Origin: a virus
Taxonomy: Duplodnaviria; Caudoviricetes
Length of the DNA: 53,931 nucleotides
IMG/VR virus record: IMGVR_UViG_3300042936_001056
Coordinates: 1-53,931 of that record
Reading direction: 5' to 3' (one strand)
Within the stretch, counting starts at the first letter, position 1; each line of letters starts with the position of its first letter. Made by a program: the position numbers and the translations under genes. The notes below the pieces were generated by a model, which ran no database searches, was not told the DNA's origin, and was given only the letters and a program-made list of their open reading frames with translations. This document shows, in pieces, positions 44,871 through 53,931 of the stretch.

Positions 44871-46667
44871 ATGGATAGAGGGGAACAACTAAAAATATTC
44901 GCTCGTTGTTTAGGCGAACCAATATATGCAATCGAAACTTTTTTAAAAACATTCGATTTAACACAAAAAGGTATGGTACCTTTTAATTTGTTTCATAAAC
45001 AAAAAGAAATAATTAAATCTTATGAAAAGTATAATCGTAACTTAGTAACCAAACCTAGACAGGCAGGTGTATCAACTACCACTGCCGCATATATTGCGGT
45101 TAAAACCGCGTTTGGTGATCCAGATAACCCCCATAAAGTACTAATACTCGCCAATAAACAAACATTGGCACAGGAATTCTTAAAAAAAATAAAAGATTTC
45201 TTAGACCAAATACCTTATTGGGTATGGGGATTGGATGAGGGTACGGATTATTTAGAAATTAATTCTAAGGGACATTTAAAGTTAAAATCTAATGGTTGTG
45301 AAATTAGGGCATTAGCAACATCAAAAGATGCCTTAAGGGGTTTTACGCCAACATTCTTAGTTATGGATGAGGCTGCCTTCATCGATAATGGGGCAGATGT
45401 ATTTGGGGCTGCATTAGCATCCTTAGGTACAGGTGGTAAAATTGCATTAATATCTACACCAAATGGTATGGACCCATTATACTATAAAACTTATGATGGT
45501 GCCAAAAATAAAGATAACAACTTCAATGTAGTTGAAATGAAGTGGTATCAGGATGTTAGATACAACAGAGGATTATTTTGGGTTAGGGGAGAAAATGAAA
45601 AGATAGAATGTAAAACTTTAAATAGGACTAAGTTGAGGTGGGAATATTTAGATAAAATATATGAAACTGATGAATCTACCATAGATTATTATGAGGTTAT
45701 GGTGAAAGAGGGGTGGAAACCTTTATCCCCTTGGTATGAAGAAATGGCGGCAGATATGGGTGATCCTAAAAAGATTGCACAAGAGTTAGATGTTTCATTT
45801 ATTGGTTCGGGTGGTAACGTAATAGATGATGAATTTATCTCTTATCACGAAGAGAATTATGTTAAAGATCCAGAATTTTCTGCAGAATTAGAGAAAGCGA
45901 TGTGGATTTGGAAGAAACCTGAGGTGGGTCACAAATACATAATGGGTGTGGATGTTAGTAGAGGTGATGGTAAAGATAGTTCTACTATAGTCATTTTAGA
46001 TTTTGAGAATTTAGAACAGGTTGCAGAATTTAAATACAAACTACCACCAGATATGTTGGCAGAAGTAGTTTACAAATACGGTAATATGTATAATGCCTAC
46101 ACAATAGTTGATATTACTGGTGGTATGGGTGTTGCGACAGTATTAAAACTGTTAGAAATGGAATATAACTTCTTACACTATGACGACCCTAAAAGTAGAA
46201 AGTTATCTGAAAAGTACGCAAAAACAAAATATAATGAAGGTGATAAAGTTCCGGGATTTAATGTGGGTAATACTAGACTACAATTAGTTTCTGAATTTGA
46301 GGAACATATAAGAGAAAATAAAACTATAATAAGATCTCATCGTTTAATTTCAGAATTGAGGACTTTTGTATATAAAAACGGTAGACCCGATCATATGGAG
46401 GGTTATCATGATGATATAATAATGGCTTATGCTATGTGTATCTTTATAGTACAAACATCATTCAAAAAATTAGAGATGGTTGAAAAACAAACTAAGGCTA
46501 TGTTAGAGAGTTGGATAAACGTTAATAATAAAACAGTTGCCCCACTATTAGAGGATCAGAAGTATGTAAATCCATTCTATACTAACACACCAACATACCA
46601 CCCTAAACAAGGGAATAATAGTAATAACGACAATGGTGAGTACAATTGGTTGTTTGGTAGGAGATAG
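44871..46667 (+). CDS. terL: Terminase large subunit (T4 gp17-like)
   Basis: KPRQAGVST (Walker A-like), LVMDEAAF (Walker B), ISTPNG, GVDVSRGDGKDSS, HDDIIMA. Confidence 0.93.
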   Translation: MDRGEQLKIFARCLGEPIYAIETFLKTFDLTQKGMVPFNLFHKQKEIIKSYEKYNRNLVTKPRQAGVSTTTAAYIAVKTAFGDPDNPHKVLILANKQTLAQEFLKKIKDFLDQIPYWVWGLDEGTDYLEINSKGHLKLKSNGCEIRALATSKDALRGFTPTFLVMDEAAFIDNGADVFGAALASLGTGGKIALISTPNGMDPLYYKTYDGAKNKDNNFNVVEMKWYQDVRYNRGLFWVRGENEKIECKTLNRTKLRWEYLDKIYETDESTIDYYEVMVKEGWKPLSPWYEEMAADMGDPKKIAQELDVSFIGSGGNVIDDEFISYHEENYVKDPEFSAELEKAMWIWKKPEVGHKYIMGVDVSRGDGKDSSTIVILDFENLEQVAEFKYKLPPDMLAEVVYKYGNMYNAYTIVDITGGMGVATVLKLLEMEYNFLHYDDPKSRKLSEKYAKTKYNEGDKVPGFNVGNTRLQLVSEFEEHIRENKTIIRSHRLISELRTFVYKNGRPDHMEGYHDDIIMAYAMCIFIVQTSFKKLEMVEKQTKAMLESWINVNNKTVAPLLEDQKYVNPFYTNTPTYHPKQGNNSNNDNGEYNWLFGRR

Positions 46668-46683
46668 TATTTAGTTTTTTTTG

Positions 46684-46691
46684 ATATTTAT
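46684..46691 (+). promoter_or_regulatory. Putative late promoter ATATTTAT (portal)
   Basis: The same motif recurs upstream of about 24 genes in the window. Confidence 0.65.
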
Positions 46692-46720
46692 TATAATAGT
46701 AATAAAGTATAAAGATAAAA

Positions 46721-48619
46721 ATGGCTAGAAAAACGATATTCCAACAGTTAAATGATTTATTCGGTCCTGAAGTAAAAAGGGCTCAAAATAAGTCAAGATA
46801 TTCCATAAATGATAAAGAACTTCTTAAAACTAAATCTAAGGAGGATTTTGAATTTGAGAAACTTAAAAGACAACAAGATACATACTTGTCAAATATGTGG
46901 CAGAAAGTTGATAATGAAATATATCAACACTCCATATATTACGAAACAACTAGATTGGCATCATATGCAGATTTTGAGGGTATGGAATTTTTCCCAGAAA
47001 TTGCTGCGGCATTAGATATTATGATGGAGGAATCTACAACTTTAAATTCAGAAAATAAAGTTTTAAATATATTCTCTGAAAGTAGAAGGGTGAGAAGAAT
47101 CTTAGAAGATTTATTTTTTAATAGATTAGATATACATACCTCATTACCTATGTGGACAAGAAATACTTGTAAATATGGTGACAATTTTTTATTCTTAAAT
47201 ATTGATAGTGATGAAGGTATTACAGGTGTTAAACAATTACCTAACATTGAAATTAGTAGAAAGGAGAATGAAGGGTTTGAGGGTAATACTACTATTAAAG
47301 AAAATGATAAATTTAATCCGGTCACATTTATTTGGGGTCAAAGAGATATAGAATTTAATGCTTGGCAAATTGCCCATTTTAGATTATTAGGTGATGACAG
47401 AAGGTTACCGTATGGTACATCTATGTTAGAAAAGGCTAGAAGAATATGGAAACAATTATTATTATCTGAAGATGCGATGTTAATCTATAGAGTAACTAGG
47501 GCACCTGAAAGAAGAATATTTAAAATATATGTCGGTAATATTGATGAGAAGGATGTCCCAGCATATGTAAACAAAATCGCAGATAACTTCAAAAGAAGTC
47601 CAGTTATTGATCAAAAAACTGGACAGATAGATACTAGATATAATCAAATGGCACAAGATCAAGATTATTTCATACCTGTTAGGGATCCAAACGCACCAAG
47701 TCCGATAGATACTTTGGCGGGGGCAACAAACCTTTCTGAAATAGCAGATATTCAATACTTACAAAAAAAGTTATTTACTGCACTTAGAGTACCTAAACCT
47801 TTCTTAGGGTTTGAGGAGGCGAATGGTGACGGTAAAAATTTGGCGTTGCAAGACATTAGATTCGCTAGAACTATCAATAGGATACAACAATCTATAATAC
47901 AAGAACTTAATAAAATTGCAATTATACATTTATATATTTTAGGTTTGGAAGATGAGTTAGAAAATTTCTCACTTTCCCTTAATAACCCATCTACACAAGC
48001 AGAGATGTTGAAGGTTGAACAAACTCAATTAAAAGTAACGTTGTATAAGGATTCTGTAGCAGACGCAGGTAATGGTTTTGGTGCAATGTCTATGACTAGA
48101 GCCAAAAAAGAAATTTTAGGTATGTCTGAAGAAGAAATTAGAAATGATTTAGAACAACAGAGATTAGAAAAGGCAGCAGCAGCGGAGATGGAACAAACCG
48201 CAGAAGTTATTAAGAAAACAGGATTATTTGATAGGGTTGATAAACTATATGGGGACTTTGATGCATTATTATCAGGTGCTGGTGAAGCCGAAGCAGGTGC
48301 TGGTGGTGACACAGGTGGTGCAGATATGGGAGCAGGTGGAGATATGGATGCTGGTGCGGAACCAGCCGCAGAACCTGCAGCTGCAGAACCAGCAACCACA
48401 GAATCTTTTAGAAAAGATGGTACTTTATTAACTGAAGAAAAAAGAAGAAAATACGATGAAAAAACTAAAAGATATCAAGGTATTTATTTAAGGAGATTAA
48501 CTGAAAGTTTACAAAATAACGAACACGTTTACAATTTAGATTCTGTTGAAGAGGGTACTGATATATTGAATTCAAAAATTAGTGAGATGACTAAAGAGAT
48601 TGATAAACTAACTAAATAA
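46721..48619 (+). CDS. gp20: Portal protein (T4 gp20-like)
   Basis: PEIAAALD; LLLSEDAMLIYRVTRAPERRIFKI; DYFIPVR; DIQYLQKKLFTALRVPK. Confidence 0.92.
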   Translation: MARKTIFQQLNDLFGPEVKRAQNKSRYSINDKELLKTKSKEDFEFEKLKRQQDTYLSNMWQKVDNEIYQHSIYYETTRLASYADFEGMEFFPEIAAALDIMMEESTTLNSENKVLNIFSESRRVRRILEDLFFNRLDIHTSLPMWTRNTCKYGDNFLFLNIDSDEGITGVKQLPNIEISRKENEGFEGNTTIKENDKFNPVTFIWGQRDIEFNAWQIAHFRLLGDDRRLPYGTSMLEKARRIWKQLLLSEDAMLIYRVTRAPERRIFKIYVGNIDEKDVPAYVNKIADNFKRSPVIDQKTGQIDTRYNQMAQDQDYFIPVRDPNAPSPIDTLAGATNLSEIADIQYLQKKLFTALRVPKPFLGFEEANGDGKNLALQDIRFARTINRIQQSIIQELNKIAIIHLYILGLEDELENFSLSLNNPSTQAEMLKVEQTQLKVTLYKDSVADAGNGFGAMSMTRAKKEILGMSEEEIRNDLEQQRLEKAAAAEMEQTAEVIKKTGLFDRVDKLYGDFDALLSGAGEAEAGAGGDTGGADMGAGGDMDAGAEPAAEPAAAEPATTESFRKDGTLLTEEKRRKYDEKTKRYQGIYLRRLTESLQNNEHVYNLDSVEEGTDILNSKISEMTKEIDKLTK

Positions 48620-48661
48620 GTTTTTTTATAAAAGTTTAATATTTATTATAAAAACTAACAC

Positions 48662-49429
48662 ATGGAAAATTTTGGCAATATAAAAGACACTTTTAAACAA
48701 TTAATGATTGAGTCTATAATTAATAAAGATGAGAAGGGTAAAAAATTGTTTAATAAGTTTTTAAAGACTATCGGTGAAAACAAAACATTAAAAGAACAGT
48801 ATTTAATCTATAGTAATTTACAAAATAGAAAATTTGATGATTCTTCTGAGTCTAAAGAATATATTAAAGAGAATATAACCCTATTAAAATCGTTGAATAA
48901 AAATCATATTAATGGTGGTAATGAGTATTTTTCTAAATTACTTAAAGGAGTAGCCTTAGTTAAAGAAAATCAATCATTCTATAACGATATAGATTTTTTA
49001 TTAAAAACTGATAAAAACGCATCTAACATAGATAAAATACAGGAATCTATTAATAACATATCTAAAAGAATGTTAGAAAAAGATATAGAAGAAACTGTAG
49101 TAACAGAATCTATAGGTTTACCACCAAGTATGTTGGCAAATATTTTAGTATCTAAATTCAACTCAAAGTATTCTGAAATAAACGAAACGGAAAGAGAAAT
49201 TATAAAAACAGTTTTAAATGGTAATAAAGATGAAAAGAAATCTTTATTCGAATCTGTTAAAAGAGAATGTATAGATAATATAGATAACAAATTAAATGAA
49301 TCCTCCGATATTGAAATAAAAGATAAGTTATTAAAGGTAAAAGATAAATTATTAAATACTAACTTCGATTACGAAAACTTCAATTCACAGATAGGTAAAA
49401 TTTACAATTTAAAAGAATCGATAGATTAA
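48662..49429 (+). CDS. Helical hypothetical protein between portal and protease (prohead core candidate)
   Basis: Position; many IES/LKE/VTES/LNES sites; ATATTTAT at 48639. Confidence 0.65.
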   Translation: MENFGNIKDTFKQLMIESIINKDEKGKKLFNKFLKTIGENKTLKEQYLIYSNLQNRKFDDSSESKEYIKENITLLKSLNKNHINGGNEYFSKLLKGVALVKENQSFYNDIDFLLKTDKNASNIDKIQESINNISKRMLEKDIEETVVTESIGLPPSMLANILVSKFNSKYSEINETEREIIKTVLNGNKDEKKSLFESVKRECIDNIDNKLNESSDIEIKDKLLKVKDKLLNTNFDYENFNSQIGKIYNLKESID

Positions 49430-49435
49430 AAAATG

Positions 49436-49460
49436 AACCCCTCCGAAAGAGGGGTTTTTT
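49436..49460 (+). terminator. Intrinsic terminator
   Basis: AACCCCTC-cgaaa-GAGGGGTT followed by a T run. Confidence 0.85.
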
Positions 49461-49471
49461 ATTTATATAAT

Positions 49472-49500
49472 TTGACTAATAACTATTTTAATAGTATAAT
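49472..49500 (+). promoter_or_regulatory. sigma70-like promoter
   Basis: TTGACT-17-TATAAT. Confidence 0.55.
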
Positions 49501-49540
49501 TACATAAACTTTAAATAACAAAAAATGAAAAATTTTATGA

Positions 49541-49978
49541 ATGAAATTAGGAAAAGAAATCAAATTAGATTTATTAGAAAACTATAAAACAAAAATCGGT
49601 ACCGTAAATAATAAAGAATCAAAAAGTTTATATTTAAACTTTTGTGCGTGGGGGGAGTTAAAAGAAGAAGGCGAAAATTTTAACTACGATTTTTTCTTAA
49701 GTAATATAAGAAAAAAAATAAAACAAAAAATAAGTAATACAGTCAACAAAGAATTATTTCACGAAAATAAATACATTGTAGATTTAGATATGAGAACTTC
49801 AGGGTTAAATATTAATAAAAGAAGTTTTATGTCTTGTGAAATAACATTATATCAGAAAAAACATTTACCCATAAATAAAATTAATATCGTAGAAAATAGT
49901 AAAAAAATAATCTATGATGTCGTAAATGAATGTTTAGAAAATAATCCAGTTTTTACTTTCCATAAATCTAAAAAGTAA
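49541..49978 (+). CDS. Hypothetical protein
   Basis: 145-aa ORF. Confidence 0.7.
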   Translation: MKLGKEIKLDLLENYKTKIGTVNNKESKSLYLNFCAWGELKEEGENFNYDFFLSNIRKKIKQKISNTVNKELFHENKYIVDLDMRTSGLNINKRSFMSCEITLYQKKHLPINKINIVENSKKIIYDVVNECLENNPVFTFHKSKK

Positions 49979-50023
49979 TTTTTTACCACAGTGGTATATT
50001 TATAATAAAAGTATAACACTGTT

Positions 50024-50713
50024 ATGGAAATTCTTAAAAAAAACGAAATAAATAAAAAAGGTATTCTTGTCGAATATGACGCAGGATACATTTCCCCAAA
50101 AGATAATAGACATTTTGTAAATGAAATGTCAAACTTAACCAAAGGTCAACCTATTATAGAAGAACCTTTGGTTGTTTATGCCGTAATGCAAAAGTATGGT
50201 GTAGAGAATAGAAATGGTAGAGTATACCCAGAGGCTATCTTAAGAAGAGAGGCAGAAAACTATCTAAAATTAATCAAAGAAAAAAGAGCATTAGGAGAGG
50301 CGGATCACCCAGAATCTTCTATAGTTGCCGTAAGTAGAATTTCACATAACGTAGTCGATTTATGGTGGGAAGGTAATGTACTAATGGGTAAGTTAGAAAT
50401 TATTATGTCACCAGGATTTGTTAATCAAGGAATAATTTCTTGTGAAGGTGATAGAGTTGCCAATTATATAAGAAAAGGTTTAAAAATCGGTGTATCATCA
50501 AGAGGTGTTGGTTCTTTAGAAAAAGAGGGTGGTAAGAATATTGTTCAAGATGACTTTGAATTAATTTGTTGGGACATAGTTACCTCACCCTCAACTCCAG
50601 GATCTTGGATTTATAGTGAGGAACCTTCTGTCGAACAACAAATGTCAGAATCTAAAATAAAAAATAAAGATAATCTATTAAAAGACTCTTTAAATAATTT
50701 TTTATTGGATTAA
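50024..50713 (+). CDS. gp21: Prohead core protease (T4 gp21-like)
   Basis: NRNGRVYP, ALGEADHPE, IGVSSRGVGSL, WDIVTSPSTPG; ATATTTAT at 49996. Confidence 0.92.
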   Translation: MEILKKNEINKKGILVEYDAGYISPKDNRHFVNEMSNLTKGQPIIEEPLVVYAVMQKYGVENRNGRVYPEAILRREAENYLKLIKEKRALGEADHPESSIVAVSRISHNVVDLWWEGNVLMGKLEIIMSPGFVNQGIISCEGDRVANYIRKGLKIGVSSRGVGSLEKEGGKNIVQDDFELICWDIVTSPSTPGSWIYSEEPSVEQQMSESKIKNKDNLLKDSLNNFLLD

Positions 50714-50813
50714 TAAAAAAATAACACTTTTTAAAAGTATTGCATATTTATTAAGAAATGCAAATAATTTTGCGTTATTTAATAATAAATAAAAACAAAT
50801 AAAAAAAGAAAAA

Positions 50814-52238
50814 ATGGCTGAAAAAAAGAAATCAATCATCGAAGAGGCTTTACTAGAAGCAAAGTCTTTAGAGGATGCCTTAAAAGCCAACACGAAAGAA
50901 ATACTTGCGGCACATATGTCGAAAGAAATTGAGAGCATCGTTGAGTCGTCTTTAAAAAATAAAGATGAGAAAAAAGAAGAACCAATCTCCGAAGAAGATG
51001 ACGAGATTAGTGTTGACGATGTAGAAACTAAAGGGTCCGATGATGATGAAGAAGACGTTAAGTTAGATCTTGACGATGAAGAAAACGCTGATGATGATGA
51101 ACTACAATTTGGTAGTGATGATTCTGATGAACCTAATAATGAACCTAAAGTTGATTTAGATTTAGACACCGACCTAGACTTAGATGCTGGTGAGGGAGAC
51201 GATGATGATGACGATGATGATGAAATTGGGTTAGGTTTTGAATTACCTGCTATGGGTGCAGAAGATGACGAAGAAATTTTAGACTTAACAGGTGCTTCAG
51301 ACGAAGAAGTTGTTACAGTATTTAAAAAACTTTCTGACAATGACGAAGTAGAGGTAGTAAAAGATCAAGGTGGAATTCATCTTAAAGATAATGGAACGGG
51401 TGCAGAGTATTACATTAAGGAATCTATGGAAGAAGGATGGAATTCTATGGAAGAAGGTGAACAATGTTCTGAATGTGGTTCAGGTACTATGTACGAAGAT
51501 GAAGAAGGGAAATACTGTTCCGAATGTGGTGCAGGTGATTCTCAAGATCAAATCGTATATGAGATTGAACTAGACGAACCTTCAAGTGAGGAAGACGGAT
51601 TTGAAATAAAAAATTGGGACGATGCGTCTAAATGGCTTAGAGATACGCCAGAAGGAAGACACGCAGGAAGTAGACCAATTGAAGATTTTGAAGAAGGTGC
51701 TTACATTGAAGAAGATAAGTTGCAGAGACACTCTAGAACTAATGGTAAACAAAGATACCACGGTGCTAGATTAGCGGCAAGAGAATCGAGAACAACTAGT
51801 AAACCTGTAGTTCGCAGAGAACCAACAAAAAACACAGTTTCCGAATCCAAAATAATGAGAGAATACAGAGAGTTAAAATCTAAAAACGAAGAGTATAAGA
51901 AAGCACTCAATGTATTCAAAGAAAAACTAAACGAAGTTGCGTTGTTTAACACTAACTTAGCATACGTTAATAGATTATTTACTGAGCATTCAACTACTAA
52001 GAAAGAAAAAATGGAAATTCTTAAGAGATTTGATAACGCTGAGACAATTAAAGAATCTAAAAACATCTACAAAACTATTAAAACGGAATTAGATTCTAAA
52101 TCCCCTATTAATGAGTCAGTAGAAACTAAAGTTAATAAAACAATACAATCTTCAAAATCTACTAATTTGAATGAGTCTACTGCATATGTAGATCCACAAA
52201 TTACAGCGATTAAAGATTTAATGAGAAGAATCTCATAA
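50814..52238 (+). CDS. Prohead scaffolding/core protein (gp22 position)
   Basis: Highly acidic with a coiled-coil C-terminus; lies between protease and capsid genes; many (I/L/V)xE-S sites; ATATTTAT at 50744. Confidence 0.75.
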   Translation: MAEKKKSIIEEALLEAKSLEDALKANTKEILAAHMSKEIESIVESSLKNKDEKKEEPISEEDDEISVDDVETKGSDDDEEDVKLDLDDEENADDDELQFGSDDSDEPNNEPKVDLDLDTDLDLDAGEGDDDDDDDDEIGLGFELPAMGAEDDEEILDLTGASDEEVVTVFKKLSDNDEVEVVKDQGGIHLKDNGTGAEYYIKESMEEGWNSMEEGEQCSECGSGTMYEDEEGKYCSECGAGDSQDQIVYEIELDEPSSEEDGFEIKNWDDASKWLRDTPEGRHAGSRPIEDFEEGAYIEEDKLQRHSRTNGKQRYHGARLAARESRTTSKPVVRREPTKNTVSESKIMREYRELKSKNEEYKKALNVFKEKLNEVALFNTNLAYVNRLFTEHSTTKKEKMEILKRFDNAETIKESKNIYKTIKTELDSKSPINESVETKVNKTIQSSKSTNLNESTAYVDPQITAIKDLMRRIS

Positions 52239-52274
52239 AAATAATAAAATAACAAAATTAAAAATAAAATTAAA

Positions 52275-53931
52275 ATGGGACATTTGTTAAACTCAGGTGA
52301 AGTCGGAAATATCGGACTAGAACACCTAAAACAAATCAGATCTAAAACAATTTCTAAATGGAACAAATTAGGTTTCTTAGAAGGTTTAAAAGGTCACGTA
52401 AAAGAGAACATCGCTCAATTATATGAAAACCAAGCATCTGCATTGTTGAACGAATCAACAGGAGCAGACTCATCAGGATCTTTCGAAACTGTGGTTTTCC
52501 CAATTGTGAGAAGAGTATTCTCTAAATTATTGGCTAACGATATCGTATCAGTACAAGCGATGAACATGCCAATCGGTAAATTATTCTTCTTTGTACCTAA
52601 GACATCTGATGGAGCATTTCCATTGAATGGTTCTAACAACGGTGCTAATGGAGCATTACCAGAATGTACAATCTCTGCTTGTGGTGACACAACTTTGACT
52701 ACATTCCAAGAAAAATCACTTTATGATTTATATTATAATGATGGTTTATATGATGCATCTAAAGGAAGTTATACTGTATTTTCAACTACAGGTTATCAAG
52801 GTGTAATTCTTAACGCTAACGGTACTAGTACTGTAACTGCATTAACTGCACAACCAAAAGCAAGTGACGGTTCTTTCAGAAACGTTAAATTACGTGTTAC
52901 TGGTTTCACATCCACTAACGCAGGTAGATTAACTGGACCAGATGGTAACGAAATGGATACTGAGGCATTCTTAGCATCTTTAAAAATTGTTACTACTCCA
53001 GCAATCAATGATCAAGACGGTCAAAATATTATCGCAGCAGGTGCTGAGATACCATTTAGATTGGTAACACAGAAATACGGTAGAGGTATCGTAGATTACG
53101 GTCAAGATATCTGTGATACTGACGGAGGTTTATTGGTTGAATTAGATTTAACTCACCCAGCATGTATTAGTTGTTCTTCAGCTAATTTTGATGGTTACGT
53201 TGGAGCTGCATCAGCAACTACGTTCACAGGATTAACAATCTCTTGGAGACAATACCAAACATTAGAATACGCTACAGAAATGGGTGAGGTTTCTTTTGAA
53301 TTGGATGAAGTAGTTGTTTCTGTAACTGAGAGAAAATTGAGAGCAACTTGGTCTCCAGAATTAGCACAAGACGTTAGTGCATTCCATAACATCGATGCAG
53401 AAGCTGAACTTACGGCTCTTTTATCTGAGCAGGTTGCTGCTGAGATCGATAGAGAGATCTTAAGAGACTTAAGAAAAGGTGCGGCTTGGCAATTGAGATG
53501 GGATTACAACGGATGGAAGAGAGCTAACTCTGGTGGTGGTTTCAACGCATACACTCAAAAAGAGTGGAATCAGACGTTGATTACTAGAATCAATCAAGTT
53601 TCTGCACAAATTCACAAATCAACTTTGAGAGGTGGCGCAAACTTCGTAGTAGTATCTTCTGAGATATCAGCAATTTTTGATGACTTAGAATACTTCCACG
53701 TATCTAACGCTTCTCCAGAGCAAGATCAGTACAACATGGGTATTGAGAAAATCGGTTCATTAGGTGGAAGATATACTGTATATCGTGACCCATATGCACC
53801 AGCAAACTCAATCATCATTGGACACAAAGGTAAGTCATTGTTAGATACTGGATACATTTACGCTCCGTATGTACCATTACAATTGACTCCAACATTACAA
53901 AACCCATTCAACTTCGCACCAACGAAGGGGA
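52275..53931 (+). CDS. gp23: Major capsid protein (T4 gp23-like), truncated at the window end; missing from the ORF track
   Basis: Manual translation: MGHLLNSGEV...LLNE|ST...FPIVRRVF...VSVQAMNMP...RKLRATWSPELAQDVSAFHNIDAEAELTALLSEQVAAEIDREIL...YAPYVPL. Confidence 0.95.
   Translation, partial: MGHLLNSGEVGNIGLEHLKQIRSKTISKWNKLGFLEGLKGHVKENIAQLYENQASALLNESTGADSSGSFETVVFPIVRRVFSKLLANDIVSVQAMNMPIGKLFFFVPKTSDGAFPLNGSNNGANGALPECTISACGDTTLTTFQEKSLYDLYYNDGLYDASKGSYTVFSTTGYQGVILNANGTSTVTALTAQPKASDGSFRNVKLRVTGFTSTNAGRLTGPDGNEMDTEAFLASLKIVTTPAINDQDGQNIIAAGAEIPFRLVTQKYGRGIVDYGQDICDTDGGLLVELDLTHPACISCSSANFDGYVGAASATTFTGLTISWRQYQTLEYATEMGEVSFELDEVVVSVTERKLRATWSPELAQDVSAFHNIDAEAELTALLSEQVAAEIDREILRDLRKGAAWQLRWDYNGWKRANSGGGFNAYTQKEWNQTLITRINQVSAQIHKSTLRGGANFVVVSSEISAIFDDLEYFHVSNASPEQDQYNMGIEKIGSLGGRYTVYRDPYAPANSIIIGHKGKSLLDTGYIYAPYVPLQLTPTLQNPFNFAPTKG

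Noticed and set aside
44871-46667. Intein or intron in terminase, thyA or capsid genes
   Set aside because: Frames are continuous and no intein splice motifs or embedded homing endonuclease were seen.
1-53931. Stop-codon reassignment (alternative genetic code)
   Set aside because: Core genes are intact in code 11, and TAG and TGA both terminate genes at sensible positions (e.g. terminase TAG, methylase TGA).

Overview
This AT-rich 53.9-kb window is a segment of a large T4-like (gp23-type capsid) dsDNA phage. Its host is very probably in Bacteroidota: there are eleven TTTG-N19/20-TAnnTTTG promoters, A-rich leaders without Shine-Dalgarno sites, and signal peptides ending just before a Gln. The right end holds the head module: large terminase, portal, gp21-type prohead protease, scaffold, and a major capsid protein truncated by the window end. 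The middle holds ClpC, an m4C-type DNA methylase, thyA, KTSC, GNAT and a nucleotidyltransferase. The left ~30 kb interleaves two gene classes. (i) Genes preceded by ATATTTAT, a motif also found before the portal, protease and scaffold genes and so a likely late promoter; most of their products start with a shared basic leader ending in (I/L)-x-E. Several are tandem-domain polyproteins with INE/S linkers. Together these look like a large repertoire of capsid-targeted, protease-matured, ejected proteins. (ii) Mostly opposite-strand genes with host-type promoters, several encoding secreted proteins. The first 2.3 kb also has three highly structured non-coding elements, and the left end is extremely depleted in GpC and Ala. 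All calls come from reading motifs by eye; no searches were run.
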